Source: Acidobacteriota bacterium
GTDB lineage: Bacteria; Acidobacteriota; Polarisedimenticolia; JBFMGF01
Assembly: GCA_040752675.1 (NCBI GenBank)
Contig: JBFMGF010000035.1
Coordinates: 9,852 to 73,851 of the forward strand
Direction: 5' to 3'
DNA: 64,000 nt
How positions within the stretch are numbered: position 1 is the stretch's first letter; each line of letters begins with the position of its first letter. The position numbers and the translations under genes were made by a program. The notes beneath the pieces are model-generated. The model ran no database searches. It had not been told where the DNA came from and saw only the letters and a program-made list of their open reading frames with translations. Of the stretch, positions 39,707 through 47,756 are shown in pieces.

Positions 39707-42136
39707 TCACTCACCCCAGGAAGCAGCGGCAAGGAGCTCTTTGGCATCATCGATCGTCACATTCTCAGGATTCTTGGAGTACTTGAATCTGAAGACAGCC
39801 TCTTCCGTTTGTTCCATCAGGACATCTTTTCTGCCCAGTTCATTTCCAGGAAAGTGGAAGAAGATCGGGATGAGCATCCTCTTGAGATGTTCCTTATCAG
39901 TTTGCTTGATCTTGACCTCGACGAGATACTTTCCATCTTCCGTCTGCCTGGATATGTAGGAATATTTTAATTCGGGAAAACCTGCTTCGCGGAACCACTG
40001 ATCGAAGAACCAGTCCCAGTTCGCCTTGGTTGTCTCTCTCAGGATCTGCTGATAATCCTTTGTGACGGTATTCTGGTCGCGGAACTGTTCGCAGAATCTC
40101 TTCAAGCTTTCGAAGAAGAGCCTGTTTCCTTCTTCCGGTCCGTACACCTTGCATAAGGCCATCCTGAGCATGTGAAGGACATAGGGTCCTTTGAAGTAGA
40201 GAGAGATCATGGCTCCATTCTGATCCCTGTAGCCCAACCAGATTGGACCGATATTTTTTCGCATATAGGACATTTCCTTCCAGTTGTTCAGTTTATATTC
40301 GAACTCTTTGGTTCCCTTCGAAGCTTCCAGATAGAGCCCCGCCATGTATTCGGTGAAGCTCTCGCTGAGCCACTGCTCGTGATAGTTCTTCCAGCTCACA
40401 ACATGGCCCCACCATTCGTGACCGATCTCGTGAGAGAGGAATCCGGCACGGAAACCCGGCTTGCCACCGATTCTCCAGGGAATGGCCTCCAACTCGTTGT
40501 CTCCCAGGAAAGCTTCCCCGGTTAGCTGAACGAGCCCCGGAGGGGCCTGACCGAAACCATAGCCGAAACCCATCTGGGCAATGTCCAGTTCATCGTATGG
40601 GAAGGAACCCAGATATTTTTCGTATTCCGTCACGATAATTCTCGATTCCTCCAGAATGCCCTGTGCCTGTTTCTGTTGCTTGAAGAGGGAATGGACGTAT
40701 ATGACAGGCCTCTTCGAATCGTCCTTGATCGTTATGTATTTGCCGAAGAGGACACTGGCGAGGGCGACCGGCTTATCCTCCTTCGTGTGGAGGCAATTAT
40801 AGGGCCCTTCCGTCCAGCGCTTCAAGGTTGTTCCCGAAGCGATAGCAATGAAAGGCTTTGGAACCCGGATAGTCATATCGAAGCTGTACCTTTTCAGATA
40901 GCCGTACTGGGGGAACCAGGGATAGGTGTTCAACAGCCTGAACGTGGATTCCCCTTCAGGAAGAAACTCCAGAGAAGGATCAAGCCTGTATCCAGGGGGA
41001 GGAGAAACTGGAGGATCGGGTCTCAAAAAATCCCCCTTGTAATCAAAATTCAGCACGGCCACATCATTTTTATTCAGCGTTCCGGGAAGTTGAATCAGGA
41101 CTGTGAAGTTCTTATAGATGAAGGGAAGATCTTTTCCTGTTTCATCTGTGATCTTATTGATCTGGATCTGTTTGTCGTGTCGGTCCGGATCGAAGTCCGC
41201 GCCAAGTGGGATCTGGATGACAGACAGCTTATCCACGAGGGGCGTGAAACGCATGGAGACCTTTGCGTTGAATATCAGGTTTCCCGGTTCAATTGTGAAG
41301 TCCATGTCGTAATGAGTCACATTATAGAGATTGATGTCTTCTCGATCGAGGTCTATCCCCTTTTCATAATCTTCTTTCTTGTTGAAAGCCGTGATTATAT
41401 TTTCAAAGGTAGTTGCACCGAAGCCCAGCTTTTTTCTCTTGATAAGCATTATCTCTTCAGCACCTTCTAAGACACCCGCGGGGGAGTAAACGAAGCCGAT
41501 GAGTCCCAGCTTCTCGACTTCTGTTTCCGCAAACAGGTAAGCGTTCCTTGGAACTTCGGAGTAATAGTCCTCTATGGCCGGGAACTCCAAGTTGAAGAGG
41601 AGGTCGTAGAGAGCCTGCTGGCGATTCTTGAACTTCTCCGCTGCCTTTTTCCCCTCATCACTGCTGGCATCTTTCATCAGCGGCTCGAAAATCTGCCGGG
41701 TATCATCGTTGAATCGGATGAAGAGTTCCTTGAAGGGTTCGTTGAAAGTCTCCTTGTCAGTGTAATTTTTGATCTCTTCCTTCTCTATCTTTCCAGGAGG
41801 TTCGAAGATCATCCTTCCCTGACCGATGAAGAAGGCTCCCCCCGCCCTGGGAATCTCAGGGATCGGTTTGGTCAGGCAGATGTATCCCGATTCGAATTTC
41901 CACTCAACTCTATCTTTCTTGAAGGAGAAATTCTCGAGTCTGGCCACTTTCAAAGTATCGATTTCCATCTTTTTCAGTTTTTCAATGAGGCTCAATATTC
42001 CCTCTTTCGTTGCTGCTTCTTGCGCTTCATCCGCCAGGATAGTATTAAAGGTGAGAGTTCCAGAACAGACTAGAATAACGAAAATCAGCAGTTTGAAAAG
42101 ATCGACTTCTCTTGATCTTAAGAATCCCATAGCCAT
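39707..42136 (-). CDS. Secreted M1-family zinc metallopeptidase (aminopeptidase N-like gluzincin)
   Basis: Signal peptide. HEIGHEWWGH (HExxH) followed by ESFTEY (the third zinc ligand Glu about 19 aa downstream), characteristic of M1. Confidence 0.75.
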   Translation of the reverse strand: MAMGFLRSREVDLFKLLIFVILVCSGTLTFNTILADEAQEAATKEGILSLIEKLKKMEIDTLKVARLENFSFKKDRVEWKFESGYICLTKPIPEIPRAGGAFFIGQGRMIFEPPGKIEKEEIKNYTDKETFNEPFKELFIRFNDDTRQIFEPLMKDASSDEGKKAAEKFKNRQQALYDLLFNLEFPAIEDYYSEVPRNAYLFAETEVEKLGLIGFVYSPAGVLEGAEEIMLIKRKKLGFGATTFENIITAFNKKEDYEKGIDLDREDINLYNVTHYDMDFTIEPGNLIFNAKVSMRFTPLVDKLSVIQIPLGADFDPDRHDKQIQINKITDETGKDLPFIYKNFTVLIQLPGTLNKNDVAVLNFDYKGDFLRPDPPVSPPPGYRLDPSLEFLPEGESTFRLLNTYPWFPQYGYLKRYSFDMTIRVPKPFIAIASGTTLKRWTEGPYNCLHTKEDKPVALASVLFGKYITIKDDSKRPVIYVHSLFKQQKQAQGILEESRIIVTEYEKYLGSFPYDELDIAQMGFGYGFGQAPPGLVQLTGEAFLGDNELEAIPWRIGGKPGFRAGFLSHEIGHEWWGHVVSWKNYHEQWLSESFTEYMAGLYLEASKGTKEFEYKLNNWKEMSYMRKNIGPIWLGYRDQNGAMISLYFKGPYVLHMLRMALCKVYGPEEGNRLFFESLKRFCEQFRDQNTVTKDYQQILRETTKANWDWFFDQWFREAGFPELKYSYISRQTEDGKYLVEVKIKQTDKEHLKRMLIPIFFHFPGNELGRKDVLMEQTEEAVFRFKYSKNPENVTIDDAKELLAAASWGE

Positions 42137-42460
42137 TCCTCCATTCCGGTGATCGCTTGATAAAAATTGTTTTAGAAAATCTCCACTATCTCTTTAGTTC
42201 TTATAGGGTAACATTCACATGCGAATTTATCAAACTCAATATTGCAGTTTTCAACCTCCATTTTATGACTTAATATACGCAGCCAACAGGCGATTGTTCT
42301 TCTTGCATGGAAAAAGCCGATCGCACGATCATCAGTAACCTGAGAAGTGATGCAATTTAATGAAGATCTCTCTGGGTGAAAGAGAAAAGGGGAATGTTAT
42401 AATTCCGATGAACAAGGTTCCTGTGAAAGTCATGGAAAAAGCATCCATCAGCAAGTCGAG

Positions 42461-43429
42461 TTGAGTTGGTTCTACAGATTTATGAAGCCAGGCAGAATCT
42501 TTTGCATCCTCATCCCGGCCTTCTTCCTGATTTTTCCTATCCCGGCTTATTCGAAACATGAAGAGAACTCTCCGGAATTGAGATCTTTCAATGCGTTGCA
42601 GAATCGGTACATGAACATTTACTTCGATACGGCGAAATCGGGAAGGATCTCATCAATCATTCTGGGTGCTTCGGCAGGGATCTTCCCCCGATTCGAGGAA
42701 GATTTTAGAATTAGGCTCGATGGGAAAGTTACGCTTCTCGTTCTATCGGAATCGGAAGAGTCCCGAAAGTCGGTTCCCATCGGATATGAACCGGATTGGG
42801 CAGCTGGGAAAGCCTATCCGTCGGAGAGGCTCATGGCAATAATCGTTGAGAGGCTTGGGTTCTACCCCGACATGGATGCCGTTTCCGTCTTTGCCCATGA
42901 ACTGAGCCATATCTATCTATACCATTCGATGAAAGAGAGCGGGATCTTTGTTCCCCGATGGTTCGACGAGGGAGTGGCGATGCTCCAGGCCAGGCGCTGG
43001 GGGATGCGAGATCATTACGAACTCGTTTCATCGCTTATCACTGGTACATACATACCTCTGGATGCACTCAGAGGAAGCTTCCCGGAAGACCGCTATGAAG
43101 CAAAAAAGGCCTATGTTGAATCCTTTTCATTTTTATCTTATCTTTCCGAGAACTATGGAGAATATTCCATCTCGCTCCTGATTGCCGAGATGCAGAAAGG
43201 AAACGACTTCGACTCTGCCTTTGCTGCCATCATCGGAGCAGATCTCAGAGGTGTCGAGAGGAGATGGATTAGCAGGACAACACTCTGGTACAGGTGGATC
43301 CCTATTGCCACCTCTTCCATCACCCTCTGGATCGGTATCACTCTCCTGTTCCTTCTTGGCTACCTGCGAAAGAAGAGGAGAAATCGAGAAACTCTCAAAA
43401 GCTGGGAAGAAGATTACTGGGAACAATAG
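42461..43429 (+). CDS. Peptidase-MA-like (HExxH ... FxEG) protein with signal peptide and C-terminal TM anchor
   Basis: FAHELSHIY (HExxH) followed by WFDEGVA; C-terminal hydrophobic helix (ITLWIGITLLFLLGYL) then KKRRNRE. The true start is probably the internal MKPGRIF. Confidence 0.5.
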   Translation: MSWFYRFMKPGRIFCILIPAFFLIFPIPAYSKHEENSPELRSFNALQNRYMNIYFDTAKSGRISSIILGASAGIFPRFEEDFRIRLDGKVTLLVLSESEESRKSVPIGYEPDWAAGKAYPSERLMAIIVERLGFYPDMDAVSVFAHELSHIYLYHSMKESGIFVPRWFDEGVAMLQARRWGMRDHYELVSSLITGTYIPLDALRGSFPEDRYEAKKAYVESFSFLSYLSENYGEYSISLLIAEMQKGNDFDSAFAAIIGADLRGVERRWISRTTLWYRWIPIATSSITLWIGITLLFLLGYLRKKRRNRETLKSWEEDYWEQ

Positions 43430-43506
43430 TAGGAGGTGCAAGAATTATGGTTGAAAGGGAATCCCTTGCGGTATAGAATTAGTGACATTTTAAAGGAGAG
43501 ATGTGA

Positions 43507-44349
43507 TTGCAAATGCCGGAGATGAGACTCCACGAAGAAGAGATTCAGAAACTCAAGGAAATCGCGCGGCAATGCCGGATTGATATCGTCAGGATGACGC
43601 ATAAAGCGGGGAGCGGACATCCGGGCGGCTCTCTGTCAGCGATCGACATTCTAACCGTCCTCTTCCTCAAGAAAATGAGACATGATCCGAAGAATCTATC
43701 TCTGCATGGCAGAGATCGGTTCATTATGTCCAAGGGGCATGCTTCGCCCGCCTACTATTCGATTCTTTCAAGAGCGGGATACATCCCGGAAGAGAGGCTC
43801 ATCAGCTTCAGAAAATTCGGATCGGAACTTCAAGGGCATCCCGAACGTTCCTATCTTCCCTTCATCGACATCTCCTCGGGTGGGTTGGGCCAGGGGCTCT
43901 CCGTTGCCAACGGACTGGCTCATGGGTTGAGGATCCAGGGGATCCCGGCGAGAGTCTACATCCTGATGGGGGATGGCGAGATTCAGGAGGGGCAGGTCTG
44001 GGAAGCGGCCATGGCGGCTGCCCATTACAGGCTCGATAATCTCTGCGCAATCCTTGACAGGAACATGCTCCAGATCGGCGGCAATACCGAAATGATCATG
44101 GCGCTTGAACCTCTGGCGGACAAGTGGAAGGCTTTTGGATGGAACGTCATCGTCATCGACGGACATGATATTGACTCCATCATGAACGCCCTGAATGAAG
44201 TGGAGAGCGTAAAGGGTCAACCGAGCATCATCATTGCGAAGACGGTCAAAGGGAAGGGGGTATCCTTTATGGAGAACAACGTAGAGTTTCACGGCAAGGC
44301 TCCAGACGATGAACAGCTCCGCAAGGCTTTGGAGGAACTCGGCGGATGA
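43507..44349 (+). CDS. Transketolase, N-terminal (TPP-binding) subunit of a split enzyme
   Basis: GHPGGSLS and GDGEIQEGQVWEA (TPP/metal-binding GDG), in a ~280-aa ORF. Confidence 0.9.
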   Translation: MQMPEMRLHEEEIQKLKEIARQCRIDIVRMTHKAGSGHPGGSLSAIDILTVLFLKKMRHDPKNLSLHGRDRFIMSKGHASPAYYSILSRAGYIPEERLISFRKFGSELQGHPERSYLPFIDISSGGLGQGLSVANGLAHGLRIQGIPARVYILMGDGEIQEGQVWEAAMAAAHYRLDNLCAILDRNMLQIGGNTEMIMALEPLADKWKAFGWNVIVIDGHDIDSIMNALNEVESVKGQPSIIIAKTVKGKGVSFMENNVEFHGKAPDDEQLRKALEELGG

Positions 44350-45311
44350 GTGGCAGTGCGAATACGATGAAGATGGCGGGGACGAGGGACGCCTTTGGTG
44401 AAGCTATTGTCGAACTGGGGAAGGAAAACAAAAAGATCGTCGTCATCGATGCCGATCTGGCAGAATCGACGAGGACGCACAGGTTTAAAGAGACTTTTCC
44501 AGATAGGTTCATACAGCTCGGGCTCCATGAACAGGACATGGTTTCGACGGCTGCCGGGCTGGCAGCTTCGGGGCTGATCCCCTTCGCAACTTCGTTCGTC
44601 GTTTTCCTTTCAGGCATTCCATGGATTCAGATCAGGCAATCGGTTTGTCTCTCGCATCATAACGTTAAACTGGTAGCAAGCCATGGAGGGATCACAGTCG
44701 GAGAGGATGGCGCCTCTCATCAGGGGTGCGAAGATTTTGCGCTCATGAGCGTGCTTCCCCACATGACCGTCATCTGTCCGGCCGATGCCGCGGAAACAAA
44801 GAAGGCGGTGAAGGCAATTGCAGAACATGACGGTCCCGTCTATATGCGCCTCTCAAGGGAGAAGTTTCCGGTCCTCTTCGACGAGAGCTACCACTTCAAG
44901 ATAGGAAAAGCAAGACGCCTTCAGGAGGGCGAGGATGTTTCACTCCTTGGCACGGGCCTCATGGTATATCACTCACTTCTCGCAGCGGAGCTGTTGAAGG
45001 TGAATGGGATCTCCGCCCGGGTCATCAACGTCTCCACCATAAAACCGCTCGATATAGAAGAGATCGTAAAAGCAGCGAGGGAGACTGGATGCATCGTGAC
45101 CGCAGAAGAACATTCCGTCATCGGCGGTCTTGGAAGCTTGGTGGCCTCCCGCGTGTCGAAGGAATGTCCTGTTCCCATCGAGATGATCGGCGTTCATGAT
45201 CAGTTTGGCTTTTCGGGTAAGCCGGAGGAGCTATTAGCACATTTTCATCTGATGCCGAAAGATATCGAAGAGGCTGCCCTGAAAGTAATAGAGAGAAAAA
45301 GGAGGAGATGA
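44346..45311 (+). CDS. Transketolase, C-terminal (pyrimidine-binding) subunit
   Basis: Pyr and C-terminal transketolase domains (FIQLGLHEQDMVSTAAGLA); the start overlaps the stop of the upstream subunit. Confidence 0.9.
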   Translation: MSGSANTMKMAGTRDAFGEAIVELGKENKKIVVIDADLAESTRTHRFKETFPDRFIQLGLHEQDMVSTAAGLAASGLIPFATSFVVFLSGIPWIQIRQSVCLSHHNVKLVASHGGITVGEDGASHQGCEDFALMSVLPHMTVICPADAAETKKAVKAIAEHDGPVYMRLSREKFPVLFDESYHFKIGKARRLQEGEDVSLLGTGLMVYHSLLAAELLKVNGISARVINVSTIKPLDIEEIVKAARETGCIVTAEEHSVIGGLGSLVASRVSKECPVPIEMIGVHDQFGFSGKPEELLAHFHLMPKDIEEAALKVIERKRRR

Positions 45312-46057
45312 CCTTGAAAAGATCGATCGTATGGAATCTTGCTCTCATTTTAATTCTTGGTGTTTCGTCCGCACTTGCAGGCGTTGACATCGAGATCACG
45401 GAGGATTTCACGGAAGATGGTTTCAGGAAGTTGAGCGAAGAAATAGGATTTGCCATCAGCTACTTCCCCCTTGCTCCTGCAGAGGGTCTCGGCGTTCCCG
45501 GCGTCGATATCTCTATTCAAGTCCGCGGGATCAATATCACAGAAGATTCAGATTACTGGAGCTCTGCCACTCAGGAGACGGACGTCTCCTCTTATCTTAT
45601 AGTGCCGGCTCTGCAGGTCCGCGTTGGTCTGCCGAAGCAGATAGATATTGGCGCATTTTACGCAATGGTTCCGGACAGCAATGTGAAGATTCAGGGGGCG
45701 GAAGTGAAATGGGCTTTCCTGAAAGGGGGAACCGTCACTCCGGCACTCGCCGCGAGAGCCGCATACACGAGGTTGAACGGGGTGGATCATCTTGAAATGA
45801 ACACCAAAGGGATCGATCTCTCCATAAGCAAGGGATTTACCTTCTTCACTCCCTATGCAGGTGCAGGTCTTCTCTCCGTTCGCTCGGAAGCGGCTGATCT
45901 TCCGTTCACGCCAGCGGTGCCTCTCGATGAATCGTTCATCATGGGAAGATACTTTGCCGGCGCCAGATTTACGTTTGGGATCGTGGCCATCGTGGCAGAG
46001 TATGACAGGGGCGGGGGCGTCGATTCGCTTACGGCTAAACTCTCCCTTCACTTCTGA
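45308..46057 (+). CDS. Small outer-membrane beta-barrel protein (hypothetical)
   Basis: Signal peptide, alternating amphipathic beta-strand pattern, C-terminal ...LSLHF ending in an aromatic residue. The start overlaps the transketolase stop. Confidence 0.45.
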   Translation: MTLKRSIVWNLALILILGVSSALAGVDIEITEDFTEDGFRKLSEEIGFAISYFPLAPAEGLGVPGVDISIQVRGINITEDSDYWSSATQETDVSSYLIVPALQVRVGLPKQIDIGAFYAMVPDSNVKIQGAEVKWAFLKGGTVTPALAARAAYTRLNGVDHLEMNTKGIDLSISKGFTFFTPYAGAGLLSVRSEAADLPFTPAVPLDESFIMGRYFAGARFTFGIVAIVAEYDRGGGVDSLTAKLSLHF

Positions 46058-46084
46058 AAATGGAATTCATGAGACGAGCTTTGA

Positions 46085-46756
46085 ATGATTAGCTTTCATC
46101 ATGTTTCCAAGAGATACGGACCACACATCGGCGCGCTCAACGATGTAACCTTCTCCGTGGAGAAAGGGGAGTTCGTCTTCATCACTGGTCCGAGCGGGGC
46201 AGGAAAGACGACGCTTCTGCGATTGATCTTCAGAGGGGAAACTCCCACGGAAGGGCAGATCCTGGTTGACGGGAAAAATGTGACCGCCATCCCTGACTCC
46301 AGGATCCCGTACATTCGAAGGACCATCGGGGTAGTCTTTCAGGACTTCAAGCTCATCGAAAGAAAGGACGTCCTGGATAATGTCTCCTATGTCTTGAGAA
46401 TACTGGGGATATCGAGCAAGGAGATGAGGAGGAAGGCTTATAACGCGCTGCGTATCGTCGGGCTCAATCATCGCCTTCATCAGTATCCCAAGATGCTATC
46501 GGGCGGGGAACAACAGAGAGTTGCCATAGCGCGGGCCATCGCCAATGAGCCCATGATCCTCCTTGCCGATGAACCGACCGGGAATCTCGATCCAGACCTT
46601 GCCCTGGAGATCATGCAGCTATTCAAAGATATCAATGCGCGGGGAACTACGATCATCGTGGCTACGCATGACAGAGACCTGGTCCGGCGGATGAACAAGC
46701 GTGCCATTCTGATCGAGAAGGGACGGATCCTCGAGGATAGAAAGGTTGCAATTTGA
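46085..46756 (+). CDS. ftsE: Cell division ATP-binding protein FtsE
   Basis: Walker A GPSGAGKTT, ABC signature LSGGEQQRVAIARA and Walker B ILLADEPTGNLD. Confidence 0.9.
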   Translation: MISFHHVSKRYGPHIGALNDVTFSVEKGEFVFITGPSGAGKTTLLRLIFRGETPTEGQILVDGKNVTAIPDSRIPYIRRTIGVVFQDFKLIERKDVLDNVSYVLRILGISSKEMRRKAYNALRIVGLNHRLHQYPKMLSGGEQQRVAIARAIANEPMILLADEPTGNLDPDLALEIMQLFKDINARGTTIIVATHDRDLVRRMNKRAILIEKGRILEDRKVAI

Positions 46757-47655
46757 AATATCTCGAGAACTTGAAGTACTTTATTTCTGAGTCCATTTAC
46801 AACCTATGGTATGCGAAAGGTGTAAATTCCATCTCGATCGCCACCATCGCCATCTCCCTTTATATAATAGGGATCTTTCTCCTACTCATGGCGAACGCCA
46901 CACTCTTCTTCAACGCTCTCTCGGAAAAAGCGCAGATCGACATCTATCTGAAGGACGATATCTCGGATTCCGAGAGGGAAGAGATCGCTCTCTTGCTGGA
47001 AGAGGATGGTATCGTAAAATCATTTCAGTTCATCCCAAAGCCTGAAGCCCTGCAGAGGTTCAAAAAGGATTTCCCTGACCTGAAGGATATTCCCGAGGAA
47101 CTTGAAGACAATCCCATACCGGCTTCTTTCGAGGTTGCCTTGTCAGAGACCGGGAACTCCGAGGACACAATATCCAGTTTTATCAGGAAGTTCTCCCGGT
47201 TAGATGGTATCGAGGACATACAGTGCGACAGGGAATGGATAAAGAAACTGGGTTCCTATCTGAATCTTATGAAGGGCGGAGGCATCCTCCTCGGAGGAAT
47301 CCTCTATTTCGCGGCTGCCTTTACCATATCAAGTGTCATCAGGCTCAACGTCTATTCCCGCAGGGATGAGATAGAGATCATGCGACTGGTGGGAGCGACC
47401 AATAGCTTCATCAGGGGACCCTTCCTTGCCGAGGGAGTTCTTCAGGGATTGATTGCCGCCTTCCTATCAGTAGCTGCTCTTTATGGAACATACTGGTTCT
47501 TCATCGCTTACTCCAGAGAGAGCTACAGCATCCTCCTGGGGTTCTTTACATCCACATTCATCACCCTTCCCCAGTTTCTGCTCGTCGTTGTGTCTGGAAT
47601 GGCCATCGGGCTGGCGGGAAGCTTTCTCTCCATTCGCCGCTTCCTCACCATCTGA
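46753..47655 (+). CDS. ftsX: Cell division permease FtsX
   Basis: Four-TM permease with a periplasmic loop after TM1; translationally coupled to ftsE (ATGA overlap). Confidence 0.85.
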   Translation: MKYLENLKYFISESIYNLWYAKGVNSISIATIAISLYIIGIFLLLMANATLFFNALSEKAQIDIYLKDDISDSEREEIALLLEEDGIVKSFQFIPKPEALQRFKKDFPDLKDIPEELEDNPIPASFEVALSETGNSEDTISSFIRKFSRLDGIEDIQCDREWIKKLGSYLNLMKGGGILLGGILYFAAAFTISSVIRLNVYSRRDEIEIMRLVGATNSFIRGPFLAEGVLQGLIAAFLSVAALYGTYWFFIAYSRESYSILLGFFTSTFITLPQFLLVVVSGMAIGLAGSFLSIRRFLTI

Positions 47656-47666
47656 TAACATGAAAG

Positions 47667-47712
47667 ATTCCTGAATTTTCATTCCTCAATTATTGTAGTT
47701 TTCAGGAATATT
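47667..47712. repeat. Hairpin element E1: 9-bp stem (ATTCCTGAA / TTCAGGAAT) with a 25-nt loop containing TTCATTCCTCAATTATTG, between convergent ftsX and the 961-aa gene
   Basis: Stem arms at 47667..47675 and 47701..47709, read directly. About 80% identical over ~44 nt to element E2 at 57383..57432. Confidence 0.6.
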
Positions 47713-47756
47713 GAGCTTATGCTGCGTCAGGATGCTATGAACAAGACCACGATCAG

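Noticed and set aside
42137-42460. ORF 42332..42559 (75 aa, minus) and CTCAATATTG-containing stretch in the 324-bp divergent gap
   Set aside because: The ORF has no features and overlaps the likely 5' end of the peptidase-MA-like gene. The sequence resemblance to the E1/E2 motif is short (10 nt) and within AT-rich promoter DNA, and so is not distinguishable from composition bias.
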